From: Octopus vulgaris
Lineage: Eukaryota
NCBI GenBank assembly: GCA_951406725.2
Contig: OX597815.1
Coordinates: 51,770,001-51,834,000, forward strand
Reading direction: 5' to 3'
Length of the DNA: 64,000 nt
How positions within the stretch are numbered: position 1 is the first letter of the stretch; every line of letters begins with the position of its first letter. The notes beneath the pieces are model-generated. The model searched no databases and was not told the origin of the DNA. It saw only the letters and a list, made by a program, of their open reading frames with translations. The position numbers and the translations under genes were made by a program. Shown here piece after piece: positions 48,818-60,800 of the stretch.

Positions 48818-51800
48818 GTAGTTCCATAAATAATGCAGTTTTTTTTATACTTTTATTTTTCAAAATTAAGATAAACAAAGTTCTTTTTTAATCTGAAATA
48901 TACTCTCCTTCATTTTCTACAATGCTCTTCCATCTATCTGGTAGACTCGCAAGGCCCTTCTTCCAAAATTCACTTGTCCGTGACAAAAAATACTCCTCCA
49001 GTACTGTTCTGTCCTTGTCTACAAAATTCATATTTTTTATTTCCAAATGATTTTGAAGACTAGGGAATAAATGATAATTAGATGGGGCAATGTCCAGCAA
49101 ATATGGTTGGTGGGGCTTTGTTTCTCATTCAAACTGCTCTAGCCTTTGGAATGTCATCCTCGCTGTATGTGGCCAAGCATCATGATGGAAGAACACTTTT
49201 CATCTTGAAACCAAAGATGGTCATTTTTTTTTAGCACTGACTTAAGCCATTCAAGCTACTCACAGTAGATCTCCTTTCTTATCATTTGGTTTGGGTTTAA
49301 AAGTTCAAAATGGACTAAACCTTTTATATCCCACCAAACAGATAACACCATATGTGGGTGAAGACCTTCTGTAGCCTGGGCTGCCAATGTTTCTCCTTTC
49401 CCTACTCACTGTCTTTGGCACTTGACATTTTTATAGAGAACCCGTTTCTTGTCACCAGTCACTATTCAGTCCAAAAAAGGTTCATTCATGAGATGTGACA
49501 GCAAAGAAGAGCACACATTCACTCTCTGCATGCAATTAGCCTTGGAAAATTTGTGAGGAACCCATTGACCCAATTTGCTGACTTTTCCGATGGCACACAG
49601 ATGTTAATGAATGGTTGAATGACTAAATCCAAGCTTCTCTGCCTGTTTCTTAACAGTTACAATGGGATTTTGTTCCACCAGTGTTTGCAGGGCATCCTCG
49701 TTGAGCTCTATAAATCTTCCAGGACGAAGCTCATCTTCTAGGATGTAGTTTCTGGAACCACCATTGACACTGGCTTACACTTATTGTCCGATCTCCATAT
49801 ACTGCATTAATATTCCTTGCACTTTCTGTTGCGTTGTTGCCTTTATTGAACTCATAAAACAAAATATGCTCCTTTGTCACTTTCATTATAGCAGTGAAAA
49901 AATAACTGTTAAAATCGAATTGCACTCTTCAAAACTTGCACTAAGAATAAGGACAGGGTAAAATTACTACCTGCTTTTATAGCAAGTTGATGCAAGTATT
50001 TTATCCCATCTCCCTCTGACTTTTAGTTCATGCAATTGAAAAAAAACCGCATTATTTATGGGATGGCCCAATACAAACTAAACTTTGCAGACAGAAGAAA
50101 AATTGTCCTGAGTCTTTAGTTTTATTACTATTTAATGATGCGGTTGAAATTTTATTTATGACTTTTCTGTGGTATTCCTAATCTGGTTTAACCACCATCA
50201 TCTAGTTTTTGAGTATCTTTTGCAGAGTGTTCTCTGTTGTAAACATTCAGACAAGACCTCTAGTTCTCTTTCCATGTTTTTCCTGTAGACATTGAACTGC
50301 AGTTGTCAAACTGAACATCAGCTGCATCAGTCTCACAAGTCTGAGGAATTGTAAAAGTCATGAAACTTTTTTCTTCTATAAGTAACTTATTGAATAAAAG
50401 AATATATAATGTGAAGGATATTTGTTTTCTCCTTAAGAATTTTATTTTGCATTAATAAGTAAACTATCTTTTACTTATTATGTACAATTTCATTGAAATG
50501 AACAGAACCTATTAAAGGAAATCTACTTTTACTTAACACGTAAAATTTATATATAAAGTCACATTTTCAAGTTATACTGATCTTCTGATTTTGTTTTAAA
50601 AAGTTAGTCAGTCATTTTGTTCTGCCTGAGTCATCCATTTTTTTCATATTTCTGCTTTTGTTACTTCCCATTTCTATTCCTTAACATTCAACATTAGTAC
50701 AATGTTCATACTATACATAACCATCACTCACAAGTGAGTATGATCTGCTAGCACGTAACAGAATTTCACTAGTAGTTTTAGGTACCTGTGTAATCATAAG
50801 AGCAGGCAAACACTTTTTAGGCCCTCTAATTATAACCCAACAGAACAAAAAGGATATAGTAGCTGAAGGGGGAAAAAGAGCTGCACCAGCACTAGATTGG
50901 TACTCCTTTAAATGAAATGCCTTGCTCAAAGACATAATGTGCCACCCAGTTCACGAATCAAACTCTTGGACTTAACGACCACAAGCAAAACATCCTTATC
51001 ACTAAGCCACACACTCTCACATGCACATACTGTTGACAATTTTTGCTCCTACTATATATTATTATGGATGATGCATTATTGAGCATATTAATGTAATTTA
51101 TGAAATACAAAAAGTAGAAATTTCATTAACTGGAATTATATAGTTAATCACTACAATATGTGATTCTATAAATCAACCTAATGATAAACTAAAATAATTC
51201 TGAAATGTTAATCATCTTCAATTTCATTTTTTAATGTGGTGGAGAAAATTTAGTTCTTAGCACTGTTTAAATTCCATGTCTAGAGTTTAAATATGAATAA
51301 AAATTATTTGTAGCAATTTTTATTCATTGAAAAATCCTGTTCCATTCCTTCTGTCTTGTCTCAACTGGAAGTCAGCTGGCCTGCTTTGTTGCTTGCAAGT
51401 TTGTGTTTATGTGTGCTTGTTGAAGTGTATGTTAGTGGTATAACAGGGCCACAAGTACCATGTAGTGGTTTGCCGTTTCTGTCACAGTGGCTAGACTTGG
51501 CTGACACTAGGAGGTAAAAGATACTGATAGTGATTGTAGTCTCTCCAGCAGACGACCCGCAAGGACTTGTGGACCAACTAGCTGTAATCATTGCGCAGTG
51601 TGGCCCAGAAATGGAAAAAAAAATCTTGGCTGAAAATAAAGAAAATCCTTCTTATTGGTAAGATATTTGGTATGTTCTGATACTTTGTAAAACAACTAAG
51701 CATTTATATGTGTTTGGATGTTTACCGTTAACAGTCTCCCAAAAACATCTAGATAAAGCATTTATGCCAACAACTCTTCAATCTATGCCTCATGAAAATG

Positions 51801-54800
51801 AAGTATTATTGATAAAGATATAATAAAATTGACTGATTTTATTTTCTTTAATTACATTTAGAATTGCTATTGCTATAAATTTAGGTTTATTTTTTTATTT
51901 TCCCATTCTTCAAGGTTTTTGTATGATACTGAATGTTCACTGCACAAAAAAATGTGGCTGAAAATTGAAGAATTACGTAGTTTAAAAAACATAGAAGACA
52001 CACAGATGACTTCTACAATAAATACTGGTGATAATGGTAAGCAAAGTTTGGAGAAATTTTTTTAAAATTTGATTTATGATAATTTAAAATAACTGTGTCT
52101 ACTTTTCACAGTAAAACTGCTGTGAATCAAGAAGTAAACTAAAGGAGAGATACTGTACTTTGAAGCTTTTTTTTATTAGTTTGTCTTTTTTTTTTAATGT
52201 ATATCATTGAATATTAATCTGAAATATCAGTTGAAACTATGTGCAAGTATTTAGCTTACAAAATAGTTGTGTAAAAATTTTAGAGTTAAGAATTTGTTTC
52301 TGATGTTACTCGTATTTTAAATATAGTAAGTGAAGTATCGCCAAGTTGTGAAGTTGATTTCTCAACCATGAGGTACTGGATTCAATTCCATTGCATGGTG
52401 GATTGTGTCTATATTTTAAAAAGTACAGCCTTGTCTCACACACACACACACATTGACATACTGTCTCTGCCTGAGAGTTAAGGCTGTGTGTGTCAATGGA
52501 ATGAATGCTTAGCCACGTAACACATGAATTCAGGAGCAGGTAATTCAGTTGTTCGAACAATTGAACCCTCATTCTCAAAACTGTCTGAAATCTACTTGCC
52601 AGCATTAAATATAAACATATTTCCTTGTACAAAACATCTGACATTAAAAAATTCCTAAGTTTACAAAGTAGTCCTAAAGTGCCAAGTTAATGTTTTAAAT
52701 CTGTTTATATTTCTTGTAAGAAACATTTGGAAGGAATCTCCCAGACCAACAGTGCCATCGAATGTGCTGTTATTGTTGAACACTATTGTCATATTGAAAT
52801 AAGAAATAGAGTTTGTGTTACATGCAGTTATTTCCCGTGACCCTTTTGTTACCATATTTCTTTTGAAATGTTCTTTGTTTCAATTAATTTTAAGAGAATA
52901 ATGAAAAACTTATTCAAATAACTGTCATTATTACACTGAAATTTTGGTAGATTTTTATTTAGATTACTTTAAAACCAGAAGTTTGTGTCGTAGAACCAGG
53001 GGCGCTTTCAGACAGGTTGGTAACAAAATAGTTAAGCATGGCTGTGTTTAAAAGAGGTTTGCTTCACAACCATGTGGTTCCAGGGTCAATCCCATTGTGC
53101 AGGATTGAGATGAATTATGTTCTATCATATTCTTTTTCACTATATCTCACGAGGTCCCTCTTTTGTAAAGGAAGTTAGTCAATTCTCTCAATCATAATCT
53201 ATAGAATTTCCAAATGTTAAATTCTGTCAATGTAATATTGGTTTATTACCCACAATTTTAAGTTTATTTTCACAACTGTCTCATTTATATAGTCATCATT
53301 CACCTTAATTCTTTGAACAGAAATTAATTTACAAGCCATAATAATACCACCTCTGAACAATTACTTTTACTTTGTAAGGTCTGTGAATGGAAGTAGTTTA
53401 CAACCCATTTGAAGATTGCTTCTGAATACTCCTTTTCCACTTTATACAATTAAAAAAAAAGGAAAGAAAATATCACTCAGAACAAGATTGTATACATTTC
53501 TTTGTGCCTTTTGTTAGGTGTTGAGTGATGGAAGGCTGTGTAAAATGAAATTATTGCTTCTTGTGACAATAGTAATCTCAGTATTGATATAATTATATTT
53601 TTAGGTTTAGCAGAAGGTAAATGTGGGCGCAGGAAACGGCGAAGTCGGTGGGGTCCCCATGAAGAATTCTGTCCTCTTCCATCTGACCTTTTAGACCCTA
53701 GTAGTATTCCTGCTGGCTCTAGAACAAACGCAGTTCCCTGCCCTGTTGCTGTACAACCATTACCAATGACATCAACTGCAGCTACTGCATCTCGACCACC
53801 TGGTAAGAAATCTTTGTTAATCTACCTAATTTCTATTTATCTCTATACCTATAACAGTGTCCTTCTGCCTTCTGTATGACCCATTTTGGGATGTGGGGTT
53901 GGAGAGGTTTAATTTACACAAAATCATTAAAGACATAGAATTTAAAGAGCAGTAGGCTGAGATACCTATACACAGGATGGGAGAGTATTGATGGATAGAG
54001 GAGTTTAAAGAGCAGTGGAGATAGCTCATGAATGTTATATATTTCTTCTTTATCTTTTAGTTGTGACAATTCAAGATTTTGCCCGCAAGATGGTTGGCAG
54101 TGATTCGCTTTCTGATGACCAGTTAAAACAGATTAAAGAACAGAGAGAGGTAAGTTTTCTCTTATACTCTTTAAATTGTAGATAATGTAATTACTATTTG
54201 CACATCAGGTTTCTTTTATGCATTGCTTGTTTTAAAATTCCAGTTTTAAAAACAAAATGTTTTTAAAACTGGAATTATTGAAATAGTTTTATTTCTGCTG
54301 TTTGAATTGGCCTCAATTAGGAAAAAATTGCACTTCCATGATTTTATTGAATATTCACCAAGTTTGTGAAACTGCCAGTATTTAAACCTCATTACCTAAA
54401 CACCTTTCAAGACTTTTGTAATAGTTTGACATTTTTTTAAAGTGTTACAGCCCAGTTCAAACTTGTAAAACATAAGTTCCCAAATTAGACTACATTGCAT
54501 GTTCATCTGAATGCATTTCAAGTCACATACATACTGAAGCAATGTACAGTGTGTCAAGACTCCAACTACCACTACACTGCCAACCTTCCATGGCTTCATC
54601 TACTTGGTCACATGATATGCACTCCACAAACTAGCTTGTATGCAAATATTGCAAAACTTTTGACTCGCCTCAAAATCAAGCCTATCCATCAGTTGTACTT
54701 GTTATCATAGTCTAATACTTTTCATAATTAGTAATTTCCTCATCTGATCTATGTATAGACTGCAGATGTGTACCAGGCATCAACTTTTACAGAGAAACTC

Positions 54801-57800
54801 TCTTTGTCATCAATAATTTTCTAAACTTACAATCACTTTATACAGTAGGTTAATGATGGCAAGCTATGACACATGTGTCAAGTGATTTGTTATTGATTTT
54901 TAGGTGACACAATGGACTTTAGAAAAAACAAATAACCTTCCTGTAGCATCATATTGTTCATAGCTAATATGCATTAACCTAATTCAAAAGTACATGTATA
55001 CACATAAGTGACACTCTAGTGAGATAAATTTCAAGAAATTAAAATATCGACATGTCAGGCCAGAAAAGATGTACCATCATATTATTAATGATTAATTACT
55101 AATTTAGTTGTAAAGATAAACAATTGCACTATTTAAAAATGTTGATCATCATCAATTTAATGTCCACTTTTCCATGCTCGCATGGAAGTTTATTGAGGTA
55201 GATTTTCTACAGCCAAATAGCCTTACTGTTTCTGATCCTCATCTGCTTCCAAATAAAGTAATATTTCTTTATAGCCAGACATGTTTCCGCAGAATATTGG
55301 AGATGAACGACACTACATGTATGACAGTGACACTCATGTGATGTCAATACAAGGAGACACAAACATTCACATACACATTGCACAGGATTCTTTCAGTTTC
55401 TGTCTACCAAATCTACACTGAAGGCTTAGGTTTCTGTAAATTCCTTCTTTATACTAGTATTAGACTTTTGGTACCTATTGCAAACCTAGTGTTGATTTTG
55501 ATCATCTCTAGATCTCGATCTCTCTCCAAAATCTTTTCTACAACCCTTTAGCTGTGTTGCTTTCCTAATTTTCTGTAAAAATGGGGTATTTATTAATATT
55601 AATATACAAGCTTCTATGATTGTTAATTCTGAATATCTTCATTATGGTTTCGAGGACATTAGGGAAACAATGCAATTATTTAATTTTAAAATCTTCATTG
55701 GCTCTATTGCTACTTTTGATTGTAATTTTACCCTCTTTGTATTGCATGAATAGCTTTCACTTGGAACTATAGAATGTAAGATACTTAGGAACCTAAGAAA
55801 TGCAGTGTTAAGGTGCTTATTGTTTTTCCATAAACTTGCCAACTCTCACTCACCATAAATATATTCATATTTTTATACCTGATACAGATAGCCTTCTGAG
55901 TGAGGCATCAAGTCTCCAAAGTAACCAAAATGAGATGGTCATGGCTGGAACACTTACAGCCATTGATCAAATCTGACCCAGGCTAACCAACTACAGCAGT
56001 CCCCACCGTTTATCCATCTTATCTTCATTCTATATTAGATTGGTTGTAACTCTTTTCACCAACTTTTAACTTTCCCTTCTATGTTTACTACTTTTATCTG
56101 TATATCCACAGAAGCAAGTGATTACTGCTAACCATTTTGATGTTTTATGTAAGTGTTTGTAGGACATGTTGATTTATGAAATTTTTTTCAAGGCTTCTGT
56201 TATGAACCCCTGGCAAAAAATTTATCTCAGTGGAATGTGTCAAGGATGAGTGAAGGCCCGTACTGTCTGTATTGGTGTGTGTGCACGTCTGCAAATAAAG
56301 ATCACTATTGTATTGAAAAAAGAGTGCATGAGTCAAATAAACTCTGATGAACCCCTGAATAGGACCTAGAGACCCTATGGATGCTGAAAGGAATGTTAGT
56401 GTTTTGTAGTATGTACGGTTAAAAATTCTGTTCATGTCAAGGGCAATAACTTTGCTTTTACTAATGATCTCAGGGACCAGAAACTGTTGGTGATGAAAAC
56501 CATTCCCTTGTTGATCTGGTTCTACAGAAACGACTGCTGAGTTGCTTGAAGAGCTCACTGTGGTATAGGAGTTTGTTGTTTTAAATAGTTGTAGTTAAAA
56601 GGAGATATGTTCTATTTTCAGCAGCTGTTTTTTTAAAATCTTTTTCTTGGTTTATTTGGCTGCTTTACTACCTCATTATCCTCTACCTAAATGAATTTTT
56701 CCTCCAACTTTTTGATGACTTTATAGTATATTTATTATCTTTTAATGACCAGCTATTTGTTCTACTATTGAATGTAGATATCCTCTACATCATCACACAC
56801 CTAAGCTCTTATTTTTCTTATCTAAAATGAGCAATCTGTTCATGAAGTCATTTTGTATTATTTCCTATGGTAAGCAGTTAGTTTAGCAGATAATGTAGTC
56901 GTTTGTATATAACATCAGAAGCTTTCCTCAAACATGATTTCTTTTGCCAAAGCCGTAGCTCCATGCACATTTATATAAGTGTTCCTGTGTTGACTGATAT
57001 AAGTATTAAATTTTGCTTCTTATAATCGCAGTTTCTTTATTATCTATTTGTAGAGGTTCTTCACTAAATGTTCACAGAATAGATTTTTCCCTTAATTTAT
57101 GTATCATATTTACATAGTGTACATTATTTCCTATATTCTATCTGCTCTGTCTGCTATTTAGCATTTAGACTGGCCATATCCGGCCCAAATATTCTACCTT
57201 GTCTTATGTTCAAACTGGCCAGATCCAGCCTCTCACACATACCCTACAATGTCATTCTAAAAATAATCACATCATTGAAATCTTGAAGCTATGAGATTAA
57301 TTCAAAACAGCATGAATAAATAAGCATTCCATTTGACAGAGTAATCTGAATACTAAAGGGTTTACCTACTCAAGAGAATTTATATTTAAGTTCTCTCTCC
57401 CCTCTACTATGCAATTTTACTGATGCATGTCTTAATCTCACTTTAGTGTTCATATTCTACACAGTATTTCTTGAATTATAAAATACCTACAACCTCAAGT
57501 TGACTTCCTCTCATTAATGTAAGTTAATCTAATTGACTGAAGTGGAAAATAGTGATCTTCAAGATACACTGACCCTCTGCGTTATTAGCATAGTTCACAC
57601 CAGATTGATTTATATAGTTATAAGTACTTGTTAACCTCCAACTTTTTTATTTTTATGCTAGCACAGGTTGGACAGTTTGACAAAACAAATACATTGGTTT
57701 TGATTGCTTCAAATAAGGTTGAGGAAAATGATCTTGATAAATTTTGTTGACAGTAGTCGATAAATAGCTTAAGTGTTGTGTTTTGTTGAACTCAGTGTCT

Positions 57801-60800
57801 GCCTTTCCATTGTATGGCTAAGAAGCTTGCTTTCAAACTGTATATTTTCCTGTTTGGTTCTACTGTATTGCACCTTAGGCAAGTACTTTGCACTCTAGTT
57901 TTAAGCAGACCATAGCTGTGTGTGTGTGCTGACCTAAGCCTTGTGAGTGGATTTGGTCGAAGGAAACCGAAAGAAGCTCAGTGTGTGTCTGGTTGTTTTT
58001 GTTCTCCACCACCACTTGACAACCAGTGTTGGTGTGTTTACATCCCTATAACTTAGCAGTTTGGCAAAAGAAGCAATAGAATAAAATAAGTACATGGCTT
58101 TAAAAACTGTCATGGTGTTGAATTGTTTGACTAAAGCCCTTCAAGGTGGTGGCCACAGTCAAATGACTGAAACAAGAAATACATGTAATGTGTGTGCACT
58201 CTTGCTATGACATCACAAGATGATTGCAAACAAACATCACCATCATATGACCAGTGTTATTCAATTCTAGTCTTCTATGAAAAACACATGCGACCATGGG
58301 GAAATATTACCTTGGTTTGTGAGGATCTTTGCAAGTTTCATAGAATTAAAAACGAGGTTATTGAAAGAGACCACATGCGTAAAATGAATAAAATAAATTA
58401 TTTATTGAAACCATTTCCTGAATTATAATTTACAATGCCCCTTTGTCCAGACTAGCAAATAAATAAATAAAAAATACTTACTTTGGATTAAGGATTAAAT
58501 ATCCATTGTGGGGAAAGATTGTTCGCATAATGATGGGAAGTTTGTGTGGAAACTGAATTATAAGAAAGGCTTGCTTTCTTAAATTTGAGAACCTAGGACC
58601 TAAAGATAAAAGTTAAAGAAATATAATCATTAAATTGAATAGATGTACAATATTTTCTTGTGGAGAGAATTTCAAATGAGATAAGAATTGAATCTGAAAT
58701 TATATTTATGTGAAAGTGAGGGTAGAGAAGGAAGTGCTGCCTCCCAGCAATTTTGTTAAAAGGTAGGTGAATGTAGTACGAATGGCCTGAATGAATGGGT
58801 CTACTCTAAGCCAAGAGTAGATGAGGTGGAGAGGACACTTGCCCTTGAGATCAGGATGATTGTGGTTTTTGTGGGGTTTCCACAAGCAGCCCTTGGAAGT
58901 CTTCTTTTGGGGATTTATTTATAATTTTAATTGTTATTACCTTTTTACATAATTAAATCCCACTCTCTTGTGCCATCCCCAATTTTTCTATATAAATCCT
59001 CAGTGGTGAATAAAGAAAAGATTATTATTTGAGTACATGCCATCAAAGTGATACGGGTAAAATATACAAAGCCCAGTATACCCATCATGACTACCCGTCC
59101 AATAAGGGTACACCAAGCATATGCATCACAACCATGTGCACAACATGGTGATTTCATATCAAGATAAACAGCGAATGACCTTGCATGTGGGGCCCAATTA
59201 GAAGCCATAATACCTGGTATTATTGATTTTATTTTCGTTTACAATTCTGTTCACAAAGAGGTACATAGTTTTATTCATTAATGTTAAAAAAAAACTCTTA
59301 GCATTATTTCCTACAAATATTATATTTCACATTTTAGATTTTATACTCTGTGTGTACTGATGTAAAGAAAACAATAACTTTTAATTTACATCCATGAAGT
59401 GATTTGAGATTAATGTGAAAAGTTTTGGTTAAGGTGTATATTTATTACTAACTTTACTTTTGGTATTACTGAATAATGAATGGATGTTTTTAAAGATGAA
59501 GCACAATTGCAGCAAGTTTTAGATGCTAAGCTATTGACCATTTAGCCATTAGTTTGAATCAAGGCATCTAACTCTCTTCTGCTTTACCTGATTTAACAAA
59601 AAACAAATTCCTCTCTTACATCATAGTTGATTGCTTAGTCAAGCTTGAACAAATGGGTGGAACATAGTAACTAAATCTGATATTATTTTTCAGTTAGCAT
59701 TGATTTTTCAAAACAATAAATCAGGTAGATCAGTGAAATTGAAGTTCTCCACAATACTGTGTTTTGGATAGTTTGAGATATTAATTCAAAGAGGAGGAGT
59801 AGTAGTATGGGGTAATATGCTGCAGCACCATGTCACTGCATCCACCATTTGTTGGTGATTTCCTTCTGGTGAATGACACCACTGCACCCCACAACCCATG
59901 GGTTTGTTTGGGTAGTCATTGCTGGTGTTGGTTTTACAAAGTCAGAGTACATATCCTGACTCAACCTCGTTTAGTCACCATTTACAACACACAAGGAAAA
60001 GTTGGTTCTATTCTTTGTCATGCTGATCCCCCACATTGTTTTATTTTAATTTTCCACATAAATTTAAAGGAAATTTTAAATTCCAAATGTTTTGTTGAAT
60101 TTTATGCAGAGAAATTTGTAGAATTTTGTATAAGATTTATAGCTAGTTGAGTGTTCATTTTTTGCAATTGTTTACGGATCTACTTTAGAAGGTATAAAAA
60201 TATTGATTTTTAGTCTTTGTTCTCAGACAAAATTATGACACAAGTTATTTCAGGACTGAGGAAATGAGATAACTGTTGGTGCTGTTTAATTTGTATGTAG
60301 TTAATTTCAGCTATATTCAGTTAGGTTGCAGAATTCATTTTAATGAGAAAAAATGATACAAACTAGAAAGCTAACCATGGATAATTTTGTTGTTGGATAT
60401 GATCTTCTATGCATAGATTAGCTCTTAAAGGCATCCAAAGGTGACAGTGTCTTTTTATGAGAATGATGATGATCAAAGGACTTAGTATTGACCTTTTATA
60501 TACACTAATAAACACAACAGAATCAGGGCCAAATGTTTTGCTTATAGGAACGAATAGAAGAGCATAGGTTTATCCGCAATACTTCAACAATTCTTGTCAC
60601 TCACATGTCCAATCTTTCAAGACCCACCAAAGCACATCTTTTTAGTAGATGATTGCTTTGAGGATTTATATATATGAGACTGATGCTTCAAATGGAGACC
60701 CACCCACTAAAAAGTGAATTATTAGTTTATTTATAAATTTTGTTATTTTGTACATTATAAAATCATTCCCATTCTATCAAACTATAGCTTAACATGATGT

